A DNA stretch of 64,000 bases, taken from contig DATJZN010000056.1 of the NCBI GenBank assembly GCA_035499075.1, positions 96,894 to 160,893 of the forward strand, read 5' to 3'. Every line of letters begins with the position of its first letter. Within the stretch, counting starts at the first letter, position 1. Below the pieces are notes generated by a model that saw only the letters and a program-made list of their open reading frames with translations, did not search any database and was not told the DNA's origin. Both the position numbers and the translations under genes were made by a program. Origin of the DNA: Myxococcota bacterium. Lineage in GTDB: Bacteria > Myxococcota_A > UBA9160 > SZUA-336. Below are positions 9,282 to 18,424 of the stretch, piece by piece.

Positions 9282-10040
9282 ATGTCGAACGCAGAAGCGT
9301 CGCTGCGCGAGGTGGCCGGCTGGCTGCGCGAGGCGCGCCGGATCGCCGTGCTGACGGGCGCCGGGATCTCCACCGAGTCGGGCATCCCGGACTTCCGCGG
9401 CCCGAACGGGGTGTGGACCAAGAACCCGGGCGCCGAGAAGCTGGCCACCCTGTCGCACTACGTCGCCGACAAGGGCGTGCGCGAGCGCGCCTGGCGCCAC
9501 CGCCTGGAGTCGCCGGCGTGGAAGGCCGAGCCGAACGCCGGCCACCGGGCGCTCGCGAAGCTGGAGCAGACCGGTCGGCTCCTGTGCCTGATCACGCAGA
9601 ACGTCGACGGCCTGCACCTGGCCGCGGGCACCTCGCCCGCGCGGCTGGTCGAGATCCACGGCTCCATGCGCGAAGTCGTGTGCCTCGACTGCGGCGAGCG
9701 CGCGCCCATGGAGCGCGCGCTCGCGCGCGTGTCGGCCGGCGAGAGCGACCCGCCCTGCCGCTCGTGCGGGGGGATCCTGAAATCGGCCACGATCTCGTTC
9801 GGGCAGAATCTGGTCGCGCACGAGCTCCAGCGCGCCGAGCGCGCCGCGAACGAGTGCGACCTGATGCTCGCCGTGGGAACCACCTTGTCCGTGTACCCGA
9901 TCGCCGCGGTCGTGCCGATCGCGAAGCGCGGCGGCGCGCGCGTGGTGATCGTGAACGGCGAGCCGACCGAGATGGACGACCTCGCCGACGCGGTGATCCG
10001 CGGACCCATCGGCGAGATCCTGCCGCGCCTCTGCGAGTGA
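9282..10040 (+). CDS. cobB: NAD-dependent protein deacylase, Sir2 family
   Basis: GAGISTESGIPDFRG, QNVDGLH, zinc ribbon CLDCG...CRSCGG; 252 aa. Confidence 0.85.
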   Translation: MSNAEASLREVAGWLREARRIAVLTGAGISTESGIPDFRGPNGVWTKNPGAEKLATLSHYVADKGVRERAWRHRLESPAWKAEPNAGHRALAKLEQTGRLLCLITQNVDGLHLAAGTSPARLVEIHGSMREVVCLDCGERAPMERALARVSAGESDPPCRSCGGILKSATISFGQNLVAHELQRAERAANECDLMLAVGTTLSVYPIAAVVPIAKRGGARVVIVNGEPTEMDDLADAVIRGPIGEILPRLCE

Positions 10041-11116
10041 GCCGGATCGCGCTCGAGGTGAGCTCCGCCGCGGGGCGGCCGCCGTTCGGCGGCGTCGGCG
10101 GCACGATCCGCGGGCTGGTGTCGGCGCTGCTCGCGGAAGACCCGAGGACGGACTACGCGCTGTGCACGCGGTTCTCGCGCTGGCGCAAGGGCGAGCTGTT
10201 CCGGCCGCGCGCGCCCAACGCGCACGTGCGGGTTCTCGTCGATCCGCTGAACGCGCTCCTCATCCCCGGCACGGCGCTGTTCCACGCAATGGGCGTGTAC
10301 GTGCCGAAGACGCCGCGCGTGCCGAAGCTGGTCACCATCCACGACCTGAACGCGGTGCGGAACGCCGCGTGGGTGAGCGAGCACTGGCGCGAGCGCCGCG
10401 GCGGGCGGATCGCGGACGCCGTCGCGCGTGCCGACCACGTGGTCACGTACAGCGCCTTCACCGCGGGCGAGGTGTGCGAGGAGTACGGGCTCGCGCCGCC
10501 GCGCGTGCATCCGGTGCATCTCGGTGTCGACACCGAGCGGTTCCACCCGTCGCCGCCCGAGGCGATCGCGAAGCTGCGGGAACGGCACGGCGACTACGTG
10601 ATCGCGATCGGGCTGCTCACGCCGCGCAAGAACTTCCCGGCGCTGGTGGCGGCGCTCGGGCAGCTGCCGGAGCTGCGGCTCGTGCTGGTCGGCCGCGGCA
10701 CGGACGGCGAGCGCGAGGTCGAGGCGGCGCTCGATCGGCACGGCGTACGCGCGCGCACCACGCGGCTCACCGGGATTCCCGAGGCGGAGCTCGTGGCGCT
10801 GCTCGGCGCGGCGCGCGCGTGCGCGGTGCCGAGCCTGTACGAGGGCTTCGGGCTCACCGTGCTGGAGGCGATGGCGTGCGGCACGCCGGTCGTGTGCTCG
10901 AACGCGGCGTCGCTGCCGGAAGCCGCGGGCGACGCGGCGCTGCTCGTCGATGCGCGCGAGCCGGACGCGCTGGCCGAAGCGCTGCGCCGCGCGACGGGCG
11001 ACTCCGCGCTTCGCGCCGAGCTGGTGGCGCGAGGGCTCGCGCGCGCGAGAGAGATGTCGTGGACCGCCTCGGCGCGGCGACTCCGCTCGGTGTACCGCGC
11101 CGTCGCGGGCGTCTAG
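10037..11116 (+). CDS. glycosyltransferase family 4 (GT-B fold)
   Basis: GTG start overlapping cobB stop (GTGA); C-terminal GT1/GT4 motif VPSLYEGFGLTVLEAMACGTPVVCS. Confidence 0.8.
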   Translation: MSRIALEVSSAAGRPPFGGVGGTIRGLVSALLAEDPRTDYALCTRFSRWRKGELFRPRAPNAHVRVLVDPLNALLIPGTALFHAMGVYVPKTPRVPKLVTIHDLNAVRNAAWVSEHWRERRGGRIADAVARADHVVTYSAFTAGEVCEEYGLAPPRVHPVHLGVDTERFHPSPPEAIAKLRERHGDYVIAIGLLTPRKNFPALVAALGQLPELRLVLVGRGTDGEREVEAALDRHGVRARTTRLTGIPEAELVALLGAARACAVPSLYEGFGLTVLEAMACGTPVVCSNAASLPEAAGDAALLVDAREPDALAEALRRATGDSALRAELVARGLARAREMSWTASARRLRSVYRAVAGV

Positions 11117-11907
11117 CCGCGCGCCCCGAAGCGGCTGCCCGACTCGTAGCGGCGCAGCCCGAGCGCGAAGATCCCCACCGCGACGGCGCCCCAGGCGACG
11201 GCGCCCGCCAGCGCCCCCGCGCAAGTCCAGACACTCGGCGCGCGCACGACCGCGACCGGCAGGAAGCCCACGGCCGCCGCAGGCAGCAGCGTGTAGAGCA
11301 GCAGCTGGATCGCGCCGCCGAACAGCGGCTGCGGATACAGCGCGAAGTTCAAGGTGAAGTCGCGCAGCTGCAGCGCGAGCTGCTCCACGTCGCCCAGCCA
11401 GAAGGCGAGGCTCTGGAACGCGAGCGACGACGCCGCGAACGCGACCGCGCTCGCGGCGATCGCCAGCGCGATGAACGGCGCGTTCGCCCAGTCCAGCCGC
11501 CCGGCCAGCCACAGCATGCCGATGCCGCTCGCGAGGTCGCCCCAGCCCGACGCGGCGCTCGCCGAGCCGGCCCAGTGCAGGAGCGGCGACTTCGGCTGTA
11601 CCAGCAGCGGGTCGAGCTCGCCGTCGACGATCCCGCGCGCGAGCGTGCGCGCGCCGCCGGCCAGCGCGACCGCCAGGCCGAAGCCCGGCGCAACTACACC
11701 GAATAGTGTCAGCATGTCGTCGACGCGCCAGCTGCCCAGCGTCTTGAACCGCGCGAACAGGATCCACCACATGGTGAAGAACGCGAAGTTGTTCCCCGCC
11801 ATGAACGCCGCCTGCAGCCAGAACGACGCGCGCAGCGCCAGGCTCGCGCGCAGATTCGTCACCACGAGCGCGCGCGCGAAGCGCAGGTTCGCGATCAGCC
11901 TCTGCAT
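11113..11907 (-). CDS. ABC-2 family transporter permease
   Basis: Six predicted TM helices; ATG preceded by GGAGG; third gene of an ATPase-permease-permease set. Confidence 0.7.
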   Translation of the reverse strand: MQRLIANLRFARALVVTNLRASLALRASFWLQAAFMAGNNFAFFTMWWILFARFKTLGSWRVDDMLTLFGVVAPGFGLAVALAGGARTLARGIVDGELDPLLVQPKSPLLHWAGSASAASGWGDLASGIGMLWLAGRLDWANAPFIALAIAASAVAFAASSLAFQSLAFWLGDVEQLALQLRDFTLNFALYPQPLFGGAIQLLLYTLLPAAAVGFLPVAVVRAPSVWTCAGALAGAVAWGAVAVGIFALGLRRYESGSRFGARG

Positions 11908-11909
11908 CG

Positions 11910-12716
11910 CTAGCCTCCGTTCACCGACAGCCGCGCGCGCGCGCCGCGCGACAGCGCGACGAGCCCCGCGGCCAGCGCCGCCGCCCAAGCGAGTCCGCCC
12001 GCCGCGTTCACGAGCGCCCTGCCCGGCGCGAAGCCGAACGCCATGCTGCCGGGTCCCCAGCACATGTACGGGAACGGCGTCGCGCGGGCGACCCGCTGCA
12101 GCCACTCGGGGTAGAGCTCGAGCGGGAACAACAGCCCGCCCAGCACGAACATCAGCTTCTGCCAGATCCAGAAGAACGGCATCGAGTCGACCACCCAGAA
12201 CGACGTCACGCCGATCGCGGTCACGGACAGCAACAGCAGCACGCACGCCAGCAACACCAGCGGCAGCGCCAGCAAGAGCCCGCGCGGGTCGGCCGGCAGG
12301 CCGCCCGCGATGAAGTAGGCGAACGTGAACGCGCTCGAGCCGACGAACACGAGTCGCGTGGCCGTCTCGCCCGCGGCTTCCGCCAGGTGCGCGCCCACGT
12401 ACGCCACGGGCCGCACCAGGCGCACCGCCACGTCGCCGGAGCGCACGTCGGCCTCGATGGCGAGGAACGCCTGCGGCACGGACAGCACCGGCCACTCCGT
12501 CAGCGCCAGGTACCAGATCAAGTCGCGCGGGCCGATCCCGGGCAGACCGTCGCGCGGGCCGATCGCGGCCCAGATGCGCGAGAACACGAACAGGACGATC
12601 CCGATGAACACGGTGCGGCCCAACAGCGACCAGCGCTGCGCGCGCGCACGCCGCCCCGCTGCCCGCGCAAACGCGAGATACTTGGCAGTCACTCGGCCCA
12701 GCCGTTGCGCGGTCAT
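11910..12716 (-). CDS. ABC-2 family transporter permease
   Basis: Polytopic membrane protein; start overlaps upstream ATPase stop (ATGA). Confidence 0.7.
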   Translation of the reverse strand: MTAQRLGRVTAKYLAFARAAGRRARAQRWSLLGRTVFIGIVLFVFSRIWAAIGPRDGLPGIGPRDLIWYLALTEWPVLSVPQAFLAIEADVRSGDVAVRLVRPVAYVGAHLAEAAGETATRLVFVGSSAFTFAYFIAGGLPADPRGLLLALPLVLLACVLLLLSVTAIGVTSFWVVDSMPFFWIWQKLMFVLGGLLFPLELYPEWLQRVARATPFPYMCWGPGSMAFGFAPGRALVNAAGGLAWAAALAAGLVALSRGARARLSVNGG

Positions 12717-13714
12717 CCCGTAGCCTCCGCGGGCGCGGCGCCGGCGTAGATCGCGGTCACGATCTCCTCCATGGGCGGGTCTTCGACCGACAGATCGAGC
12801 ACGCGCGCACTCGCCACGATGCGCGACACCACGCGGTCGACGCCGATCGCGCGCAGATCGACCTCCAGCTCGGTGCGGTGCGGCGCGCTCGGCAGCTGCA
12901 CCACGCCCGGCAGATCGAACGAGAGCTCCGCCTCCTCCGACACCACCGAGATGCGCTTGCGCGGGATGAAGCTCTTGCGCAGCGCGTCGACCGGCCGGTC
13001 CAGCAGCAGCCGGCCGCGGTGGATCACGAGCACGCGCTCGCACACGCGCTCCATGTCGCCGGTGTCGTGCGAAGTGAGCAGCACCGTGCAGCCGTCGCGC
13101 AGGCACCGCTCGCGCACCAGGTCGCGGATGGTCGCCTTCGCCACCACGTCGAGGCCGATCGTCGGCTCGTCGAGGAACAGGATCTCGGGGCGGTGCAACA
13201 GGCTCGCCGCCAGCTCGCAGCGCATGCGCTCGCCCAGCGAGAGCTGGCGCACGGGCTTCTGCGCGACCTCGGCGATGTCGAACGCGCGCACCAGCTCGTC
13301 GCGGCGCGCGCGGTACTCCGCGGGCTCGAGCTCGTACACGCGCGCGAGCAGGTCGAACGTGTCGAGCGCGGGCAGGTGCAGCCACAGCTGCGAACGCTGC
13401 CCGAAGACGGCGCCGATGCGGTAGCCGAGCGCGCCGCGGTCGCGGCCGGGCTCGAGCCCCGCCACGCGCACGCGGCCGGACGTGGGGCGCAGGATGCCCG
13501 ACAGCACCTTCAGCGTCGTCGACTTGCCCGCGCCGTTCGGCCCGACGAACGCCACGCGCTCGCCCGGCGCGATCGCGAACGACACGCCGTCGACCGCGAC
13601 CACGTCGCGCATGCGCGGCGCGAAGAGTCCGCGCAGTGCGCCGGCGAGGCCCTGCGTCCGCTCGCTCACGCGAAACACCTTGCGCAGGCTGTCGAGCTCG
13701 ATGGCCAGGTCCAC
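12713..13714 (-). CDS. ABC transporter ATP-binding protein
   Basis: Walker A GPNGAGKST, signature LSLGERMRCELAASL, Walker B LFLDEPTIGLD, H-loop LTSHD. Confidence 0.85.
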   Translation of the reverse strand: MDLAIELDSLRKVFRVSERTQGLAGALRGLFAPRMRDVVAVDGVSFAIAPGERVAFVGPNGAGKSTTLKVLSGILRPTSGRVRVAGLEPGRDRGALGYRIGAVFGQRSQLWLHLPALDTFDLLARVYELEPAEYRARRDELVRAFDIAEVAQKPVRQLSLGERMRCELAASLLHRPEILFLDEPTIGLDVVAKATIRDLVRERCLRDGCTVLLTSHDTGDMERVCERVLVIHRGRLLLDRPVDALRKSFIPRKRISVVSEEAELSFDLPGVVQLPSAPHRTELEVDLRAIGVDRVVSRIVASARVLDLSVEDPPMEEIVTAIYAGAAPAEATG

Positions 13715-13904
13715 GGCGAAGTCTCCTGAAACGCCGAACGCCCTTCCGGGAGGTCCGGAAGGGCGTTCGGCGAAAACCGAGATGTGCCCTTCCGGCTACA
13801 CGACGAGGATCTCCATCGCGGCCGCGAACGGGGCCGTCGACTTCGTCGTGCAGCAGTGAGTCGGGTGGGGCATCGGGAGCCGAGAATCTCGCGGCACGTC
13901 GTGA

Positions 13905-15380
13905 ATGTCAAGACGCCGCTGTGCTATGTCTGCGCGCCGCATGAGGGAGAGCCGCACCGGCTTCGCGCTCGGCCTGCTGGCGCTGTTGGCGGCGCTGGCG
14001 TTCGCGCTGTTGCTGGGCCTGCGCGCCGACCCGATGGATCGGTCGAGCGAAACGCGCTGCGTCGAGGTCGTGCGCCGCATGGTCGAGACGCGCGAGCTCC
14101 TCGTGCCGTACTTCGGCGACAAGGTGCGGCTCCAGAAGCCGCCGCTCTTCTACTGGGCGGGCGCTGCCGCCGCGACACTTTTCGGTGAAACGGGGCCGCT
14201 GCCCGTGCGCACCGTCTCGGTCTGCGCGGCGCTCGGCCTGGTCGCGCTGGTCGGTCTCTGGGGCCGGAGCCTCGGCGGCGGTGGCGCCGGCCTGTTGGCC
14301 GCGGGCCTGCTCGCCGTGATGGTGCAGGTACACACGTCGGGGCGGCGGGGCGACGCCGAGATGCTGCTCGCCCTGCTCTCGACGGCGGCGCTCTTCTGCT
14401 TCGACCGCATCGCCGACGGCGGCTGGCGCCGCGGGCTGTGGGCGTTCGCCGTGCTCGCGGGCCTGGCCTTCCTGACCAAGGCCACGGCGATCGTCTTCAC
14501 GATCGCGCTACCCATTCTGGTGTACCTGGCGCTCGAGCGGCGCTTGCGGGCGCTGCGCGAGCGCAGCGTGCTCGCCAGCCTGGCCCTCGCCGCGGGGATC
14601 GGGATCTCCTGGTACGTGGCGATCCTCGTGTTCGTGCCTGGCGCGCTCCAGCTGTTCCGCGACGCGCTGCTCCTGCCGCTGGGCAGCGGCGAGGCGCGCG
14701 CCGCGGCGCACTTCCGTCCCGTGTGGTGGTACCTGTCGGTGCTCCCGGCGCGCGCGCTGCCCGCGAGCATCGCGCTGCCGCTCGTGCTGTGGCGGCTCGG
14801 GTCGACGCGCCTGCAGCGGGGCGAGCCGCGCCGGCGTTTCGCGGCGCTCGTGTTCCTGGTGCCCTTCGCGGCGTTCTCGCTGTTGCCGCAGAAGCAGAAG
14901 CACTACACGCTGTCGATGCTGCCGGGGCTGGCGCTCTGCTCCGCCGACGCGCTCGCCGCCGCGGCGCGCGAATTCGGCGCGCGCTTCCGCTGGGGCCTGC
15001 GCGTGCTCGGTCCGCTCGGCGCGGCCGCGTGCGCCACCGGCGCGGTGCTGCACGCGCTCTTCTTCCACTGGCTCGACGACCTGTCGCCCCTGGCGAGCGC
15101 GGCGTGCGTCGCCCTGCCCTTCACCGCGTTCGCGCTCGCGGGCGCCGCGGCGCTCGCGGCGCGGCCGGGCGCGGCCGCGGCCGGGCTGCTCTTCGGCTTC
15201 GTGCTGCTCGCCGGGCTCGAGAACGGCGCCATCGAGCCGCGCGCGACCGAGCTCGCGAAGACGTACGCCACGCTGCCGATCGACGAGCGCGAGCGCCTGG
15301 TCTTCCTGTCGCGCGACCACCCGGACTTCGCGCGGCTGTTCTTCTGGCTGCAGGCGCAGGTGGCGAACGACGACGACTGA
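13905..15380 (+). CDS. ArnT/PMT-family polyprenyl-phosphate-sugar glycosyltransferase (GT83-like)
   Basis: Polytopic N-terminal domain with KPPLFYW motif region typical of ArnT/PMT_2; about 490 aa; alternative downstream starts possible. Confidence 0.7.
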   Translation: MSRRRCAMSARRMRESRTGFALGLLALLAALAFALLLGLRADPMDRSSETRCVEVVRRMVETRELLVPYFGDKVRLQKPPLFYWAGAAAATLFGETGPLPVRTVSVCAALGLVALVGLWGRSLGGGGAGLLAAGLLAVMVQVHTSGRRGDAEMLLALLSTAALFCFDRIADGGWRRGLWAFAVLAGLAFLTKATAIVFTIALPILVYLALERRLRALRERSVLASLALAAGIGISWYVAILVFVPGALQLFRDALLLPLGSGEARAAAHFRPVWWYLSVLPARALPASIALPLVLWRLGSTRLQRGEPRRRFAALVFLVPFAAFSLLPQKQKHYTLSMLPGLALCSADALAAAAREFGARFRWGLRVLGPLGAAACATGAVLHALFFHWLDDLSPLASAACVALPFTAFALAGAAALAARPGAAAAGLLFGFVLLAGLENGAIEPRATELAKTYATLPIDERERLVFLSRDHPDFARLFFWLQAQVANDDD

Positions 15381-15386
15381 CTCGCG

Positions 15387-16109
15387 TCAGGCGTCGTCGC
15401 GCGTGCCGACGCGGATGGTGCGCTTCGACAGCCAGTACACCCCGGCCAGGTCGAACACCGTGCGGCGCAGGCGCGCGAAGTTCGTGTACTTCGAGCGGCC
15501 GGCCACGCGCGCGCGGTGGTTCACGTCGACCTCGCGCACGGTGAGGCCCTGATAGCGGAACAGCGCCGGCAGGAAGCGGTGCATGCCGTCGAAGCGCGGC
15601 AGCGCCAGCAGCGCCTGCGCGGGGAAGAGCTTCAGCGAGCAGCCCGTGTCCGACGCGCCGTCGCCGAGCACGCGGCTGCGGATCGCGTTCGCGAAGCGCC
15701 CCGCGAGCCGACGCCAGACGGTGTCGCGCCGCTTCGCGCGCTTGCCGATCACCACGTCCACGTCGCGCGCCAGCGCGACCAGCCGCGGGATGTCCGCGGG
15801 GTCGTTCTGCAGGTCGCCGTCGATCGTCGCCACGTGGCTGTGCCGCGCCGCGCGCACGCCCGCCACGAGCGCGGCGGATTGGCCCTGGTTGCGGTCGAGC
15901 GGCACGAGCCGGAAGCCGGGCCGGTGCTCGACGGCCTCGAGCACGCGCTTGCGCGTGCCGTCGCGGCTGCCGTCGTCGACGAAGATCACCTCCCACGGCA
16001 GGTCCAGCGCCGCGAGCGCGGCCGCCAGCTCGTCGCCGAGCGGAGCGATGTTGTCTTCCTCGTCATAGACGGGGACGACGACCGACAAGCCCGAGAGCGG
16101 CCGGCTCAC
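15387..16109 (-). CDS. glycosyltransferase family 2, ArnC-like polyprenyl-phosphate glycosyltransferase
   Basis: GT2 motifs VVVPVYDEEDNI, FVDDGSRDGT, DGDLQNDP; 240 aa. Confidence 0.85.
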   Translation of the reverse strand: MSRPLSGLSVVVPVYDEEDNIAPLGDELAAALAALDLPWEVIFVDDGSRDGTRKRVLEAVEHRPGFRLVPLDRNQGQSAALVAGVRAARHSHVATIDGDLQNDPADIPRLVALARDVDVVIGKRAKRRDTVWRRLAGRFANAIRSRVLGDGASDTGCSLKLFPAQALLALPRFDGMHRFLPALFRYQGLTVREVDVNHRARVAGRSKYTNFARLRRTVFDLAGVYWLSKRTIRVGTRDDA

Positions 16110-16399
16110 GCGCTCTCGCGCTTGCGCAGCACGAGGTTGCGCGCGTAGACGAAGAAGCCCATGGACTGGCCCAGCGTGAACACGACGTCCCTACGCCAAA
16201 GTGCGTAGGCCAGGAGCAGCGCCGAGCCCAGGATCGACAGGTACCAGAACGCGCCGGGCACCACGCTGCGGCCCGCGCGCTCGGACTCGATCCACTGCAC
16301 CAGGAACCGCGCCGAGAACACGAGCTGGCCCACGAAGCCCACGATCACCCAGGGATGGCTCGCGCCCTCGATCATTTCGTTGATCAGCGTGTTGAACAT
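16106..16399 (-). CDS. lipid-A-disaccharide synthase N-terminal domain (LAB_N) small membrane protein
   Basis: 97 aa, three TM segments, WVIVGFVGQLVFSARFLVQW motif; stop overlaps GT2 start (ATGA). Confidence 0.7.
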   Translation of the reverse strand: MFNTLINEMIEGASHPWVIVGFVGQLVFSARFLVQWIESERAGRSVVPGAFWYLSILGSALLLAYALWRRDVVFTLGQSMGFFVYARNLVLRKRESA

Positions 16400-16420
16400 C
16401 GCTCCCCCTACCCCCCGGGC

Positions 16421-17272
16421 TCAGGATACCGCACCGAGCTCGACCCACCCGACGGCGAGAGCGGCCGCGAATGCACCCGTGAGCGCCAGCCGATACCAGC
16501 CGAACGGCTCCAGCCCGCGCCGGTTGAGGAAGCCGACGAGCCAGCGCACGGCGAGCGCCGCCGAGACCGTCGCCACCGCGATCCCCAGCAACACGGGCGC
16601 CACGCCGAGCGTCGCCACCGCCTCGCGCTCCTTGAACAGCTTCCACGCGGTCGCGGCGCCGAGCGTCGGCAAGCCGAGCAGGAACGAGAACTCCGCCGCG
16701 TCGCGCGGGCGCAGCCCGGCGAGCAGCCCGCCCGCGATGACGACCATGGAGCGCGACATGCCGGGCCACAGCGCGAGACACTGCATCGCGCCGATCCACG
16801 CCGCCGTCGACAGGTCGATCGATTCGATGCCGCGCGACTCCGCGCCGGGGATGCGCCCGCGCAGGCGGTGCAGCGCGATCATGAACACGCCGCCGCCCGC
16901 GAGCGCGCCCAGCACCGGCAGCGGATGGAACAGGTTGCGCTCGATCCAGTGGTCGAGCGCGAGCCCGACCACGGCGGCGGGCAGGAACGCCACGCCCAGG
17001 TTCACGAGCAGGCGCAGCCCCACCGGATCGCGCCCCAGCACGCCTCGCAGCATCGCCAGCACGTGCTGCCAGTAGAGCCCGAGCACGGCCAGGATCGCGC
17101 CGCCCTGGATCACGATGGTGAAGGCGTCGAGGCCTTCCTTCGCGTCCGGGGTGCGCACGCCCAGCAGCGACTCCGCGAGGATCAGGTGCCCCGTCGAGCT
17201 CACCGGCAGATACTCGGTGACGCCCTCCACCAGGCCGAGCACCACGGCCTGCCAAGACTCCAACATGTGCAC
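16421..17272 (-). CDS. uppP: undecaprenyl-diphosphatase
   Basis: BacA/UppP signature EGVTEYLPVSSTGH and multi-TM topology; 283 aa. Confidence 0.9.
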   Translation of the reverse strand: MHMLESWQAVVLGLVEGVTEYLPVSSTGHLILAESLLGVRTPDAKEGLDAFTIVIQGGAILAVLGLYWQHVLAMLRGVLGRDPVGLRLLVNLGVAFLPAAVVGLALDHWIERNLFHPLPVLGALAGGGVFMIALHRLRGRIPGAESRGIESIDLSTAAWIGAMQCLALWPGMSRSMVVIAGGLLAGLRPRDAAEFSFLLGLPTLGAATAWKLFKEREAVATLGVAPVLLGIAVATVSAALAVRWLVGFLNRRGLEPFGWYRLALTGAFAAALAVGWVELGAVS

Positions 17273-17302
17273 TCCCGCGGGGGGCGCGCAGAGTAACGAA
17301 TC

Positions 17303-18424
17303 TCAATCGAGCCGCTTGCGGAAGCGCAGCACCGCGAGGCCGAACGAGGCCGCGAAGAAGATGAGAAGCGCTCTAACGTCGCCGGACACGTCGCCGAGCG
17401 TGGCGCCGCGCAGCACGATGCCGCGCACGATTCGCAGAAAGTGCGTGAGCGGCAGGACCTCGGCGAGCCACTGCGCGGCCCGCGGCATGCCGTCGAACGG
17501 GAACATGAAGCCCGACAGCAGGATCTGCGGCAGGAACGTCACGAACGCCATCTGGAAGGCCTGGAACTGCGTCTGCGCGACGGTCGAGATGAGCAGCCCG
17601 AGCGTGAGCGCCGCCGCGACGAACGCGCCCGCCGCCAGGTAGAGCACCGCCAGGTTGCCCGCGATCGGCACGTCGAACAGCACGCGCCCGAGCAACAGGA
17701 TGAGCGTCATCTGCGCGTAGCCGATCGCGACGTACGGCGCGATCTTGCCGACCATCAGCTCGGGCGTCTGCACGGGCGTGGTGATGAGGAGCTCGAGGTT
17801 CCCCCGCTCGCGCTCGCGCACGATCGCCACCGCGGTGAACAGCACGAGCGTCAGCGTCAGGATCACGCCGCACAGCGCGGGCACGATGTGCACGGGCGAG
17901 CGGCGCTCGGGGTTGTAGTAGGCGCGCAGCTCGAACACCGGCGGCGGCTCGAGCGCCGCGGCGAGCGGCGGGGCGAAGCGGCGCTCGCCCGGCAGCGACA
18001 CCAACGCGTGTACGGCGGAGAGCACCACCGGGTCCGCGCCATCGACGAGCAGCTGAGCGCTCGGCCGGTCGCCCGCGGCGCGGCGGCGCTCGAAGTCCGC
18101 GGGGATCGCGATGCCGACCGAGATCTGCCCCGCCACGAGCATGCGTTCGAGCTCCTGCACGGAGCGCGTCGCGGCGACGACGTCGATCACCTGCGTGGCC
18201 TGCGCGTCGGCCACGAGCCAGCGCGACGCCTGCGTGCCCGACAGGTCGGCGACGGCCGCGCGCAGGTGCCGCACGTCCTGGTTGATCGCGTAGCCGAACA
18301 AGAGCGTCATCATCAGCGGCACGCCGAGCACCATGCCCCCGGTGAGGCGGTCGCGGCGCAGGTGGACGAGCTCCTTCCGCGCGATCGCGGCGATGCGCCC
18401 GAGCGAGTCGCGCAGCCGGGTCAC
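17303..18424 (-). CDS. ABC-2 type transporter permease
   Basis: GTG start overlapping upstream ATPase stop (GTGA); N-terminal TM, periplasmic domain, C-terminal TM bundle. Confidence 0.75.
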   Translation of the reverse strand: MTRLRDSLGRIAAIARKELVHLRRDRLTGGMVLGVPLMMTLLFGYAINQDVRHLRAAVADLSGTQASRWLVADAQATQVIDVVAATRSVQELERMLVAGQISVGIAIPADFERRRAAGDRPSAQLLVDGADPVVLSAVHALVSLPGERRFAPPLAAALEPPPVFELRAYYNPERRSPVHIVPALCGVILTLTLVLFTAVAIVRERERGNLELLITTPVQTPELMVGKIAPYVAIGYAQMTLILLLGRVLFDVPIAGNLAVLYLAAGAFVAAALTLGLLISTVAQTQFQAFQMAFVTFLPQILLSGFMFPFDGMPRAAQWLAEVLPLTHFLRIVRGIVLRGATLGDVSGDVRALLIFFAASFGLAVLRFRKRLD

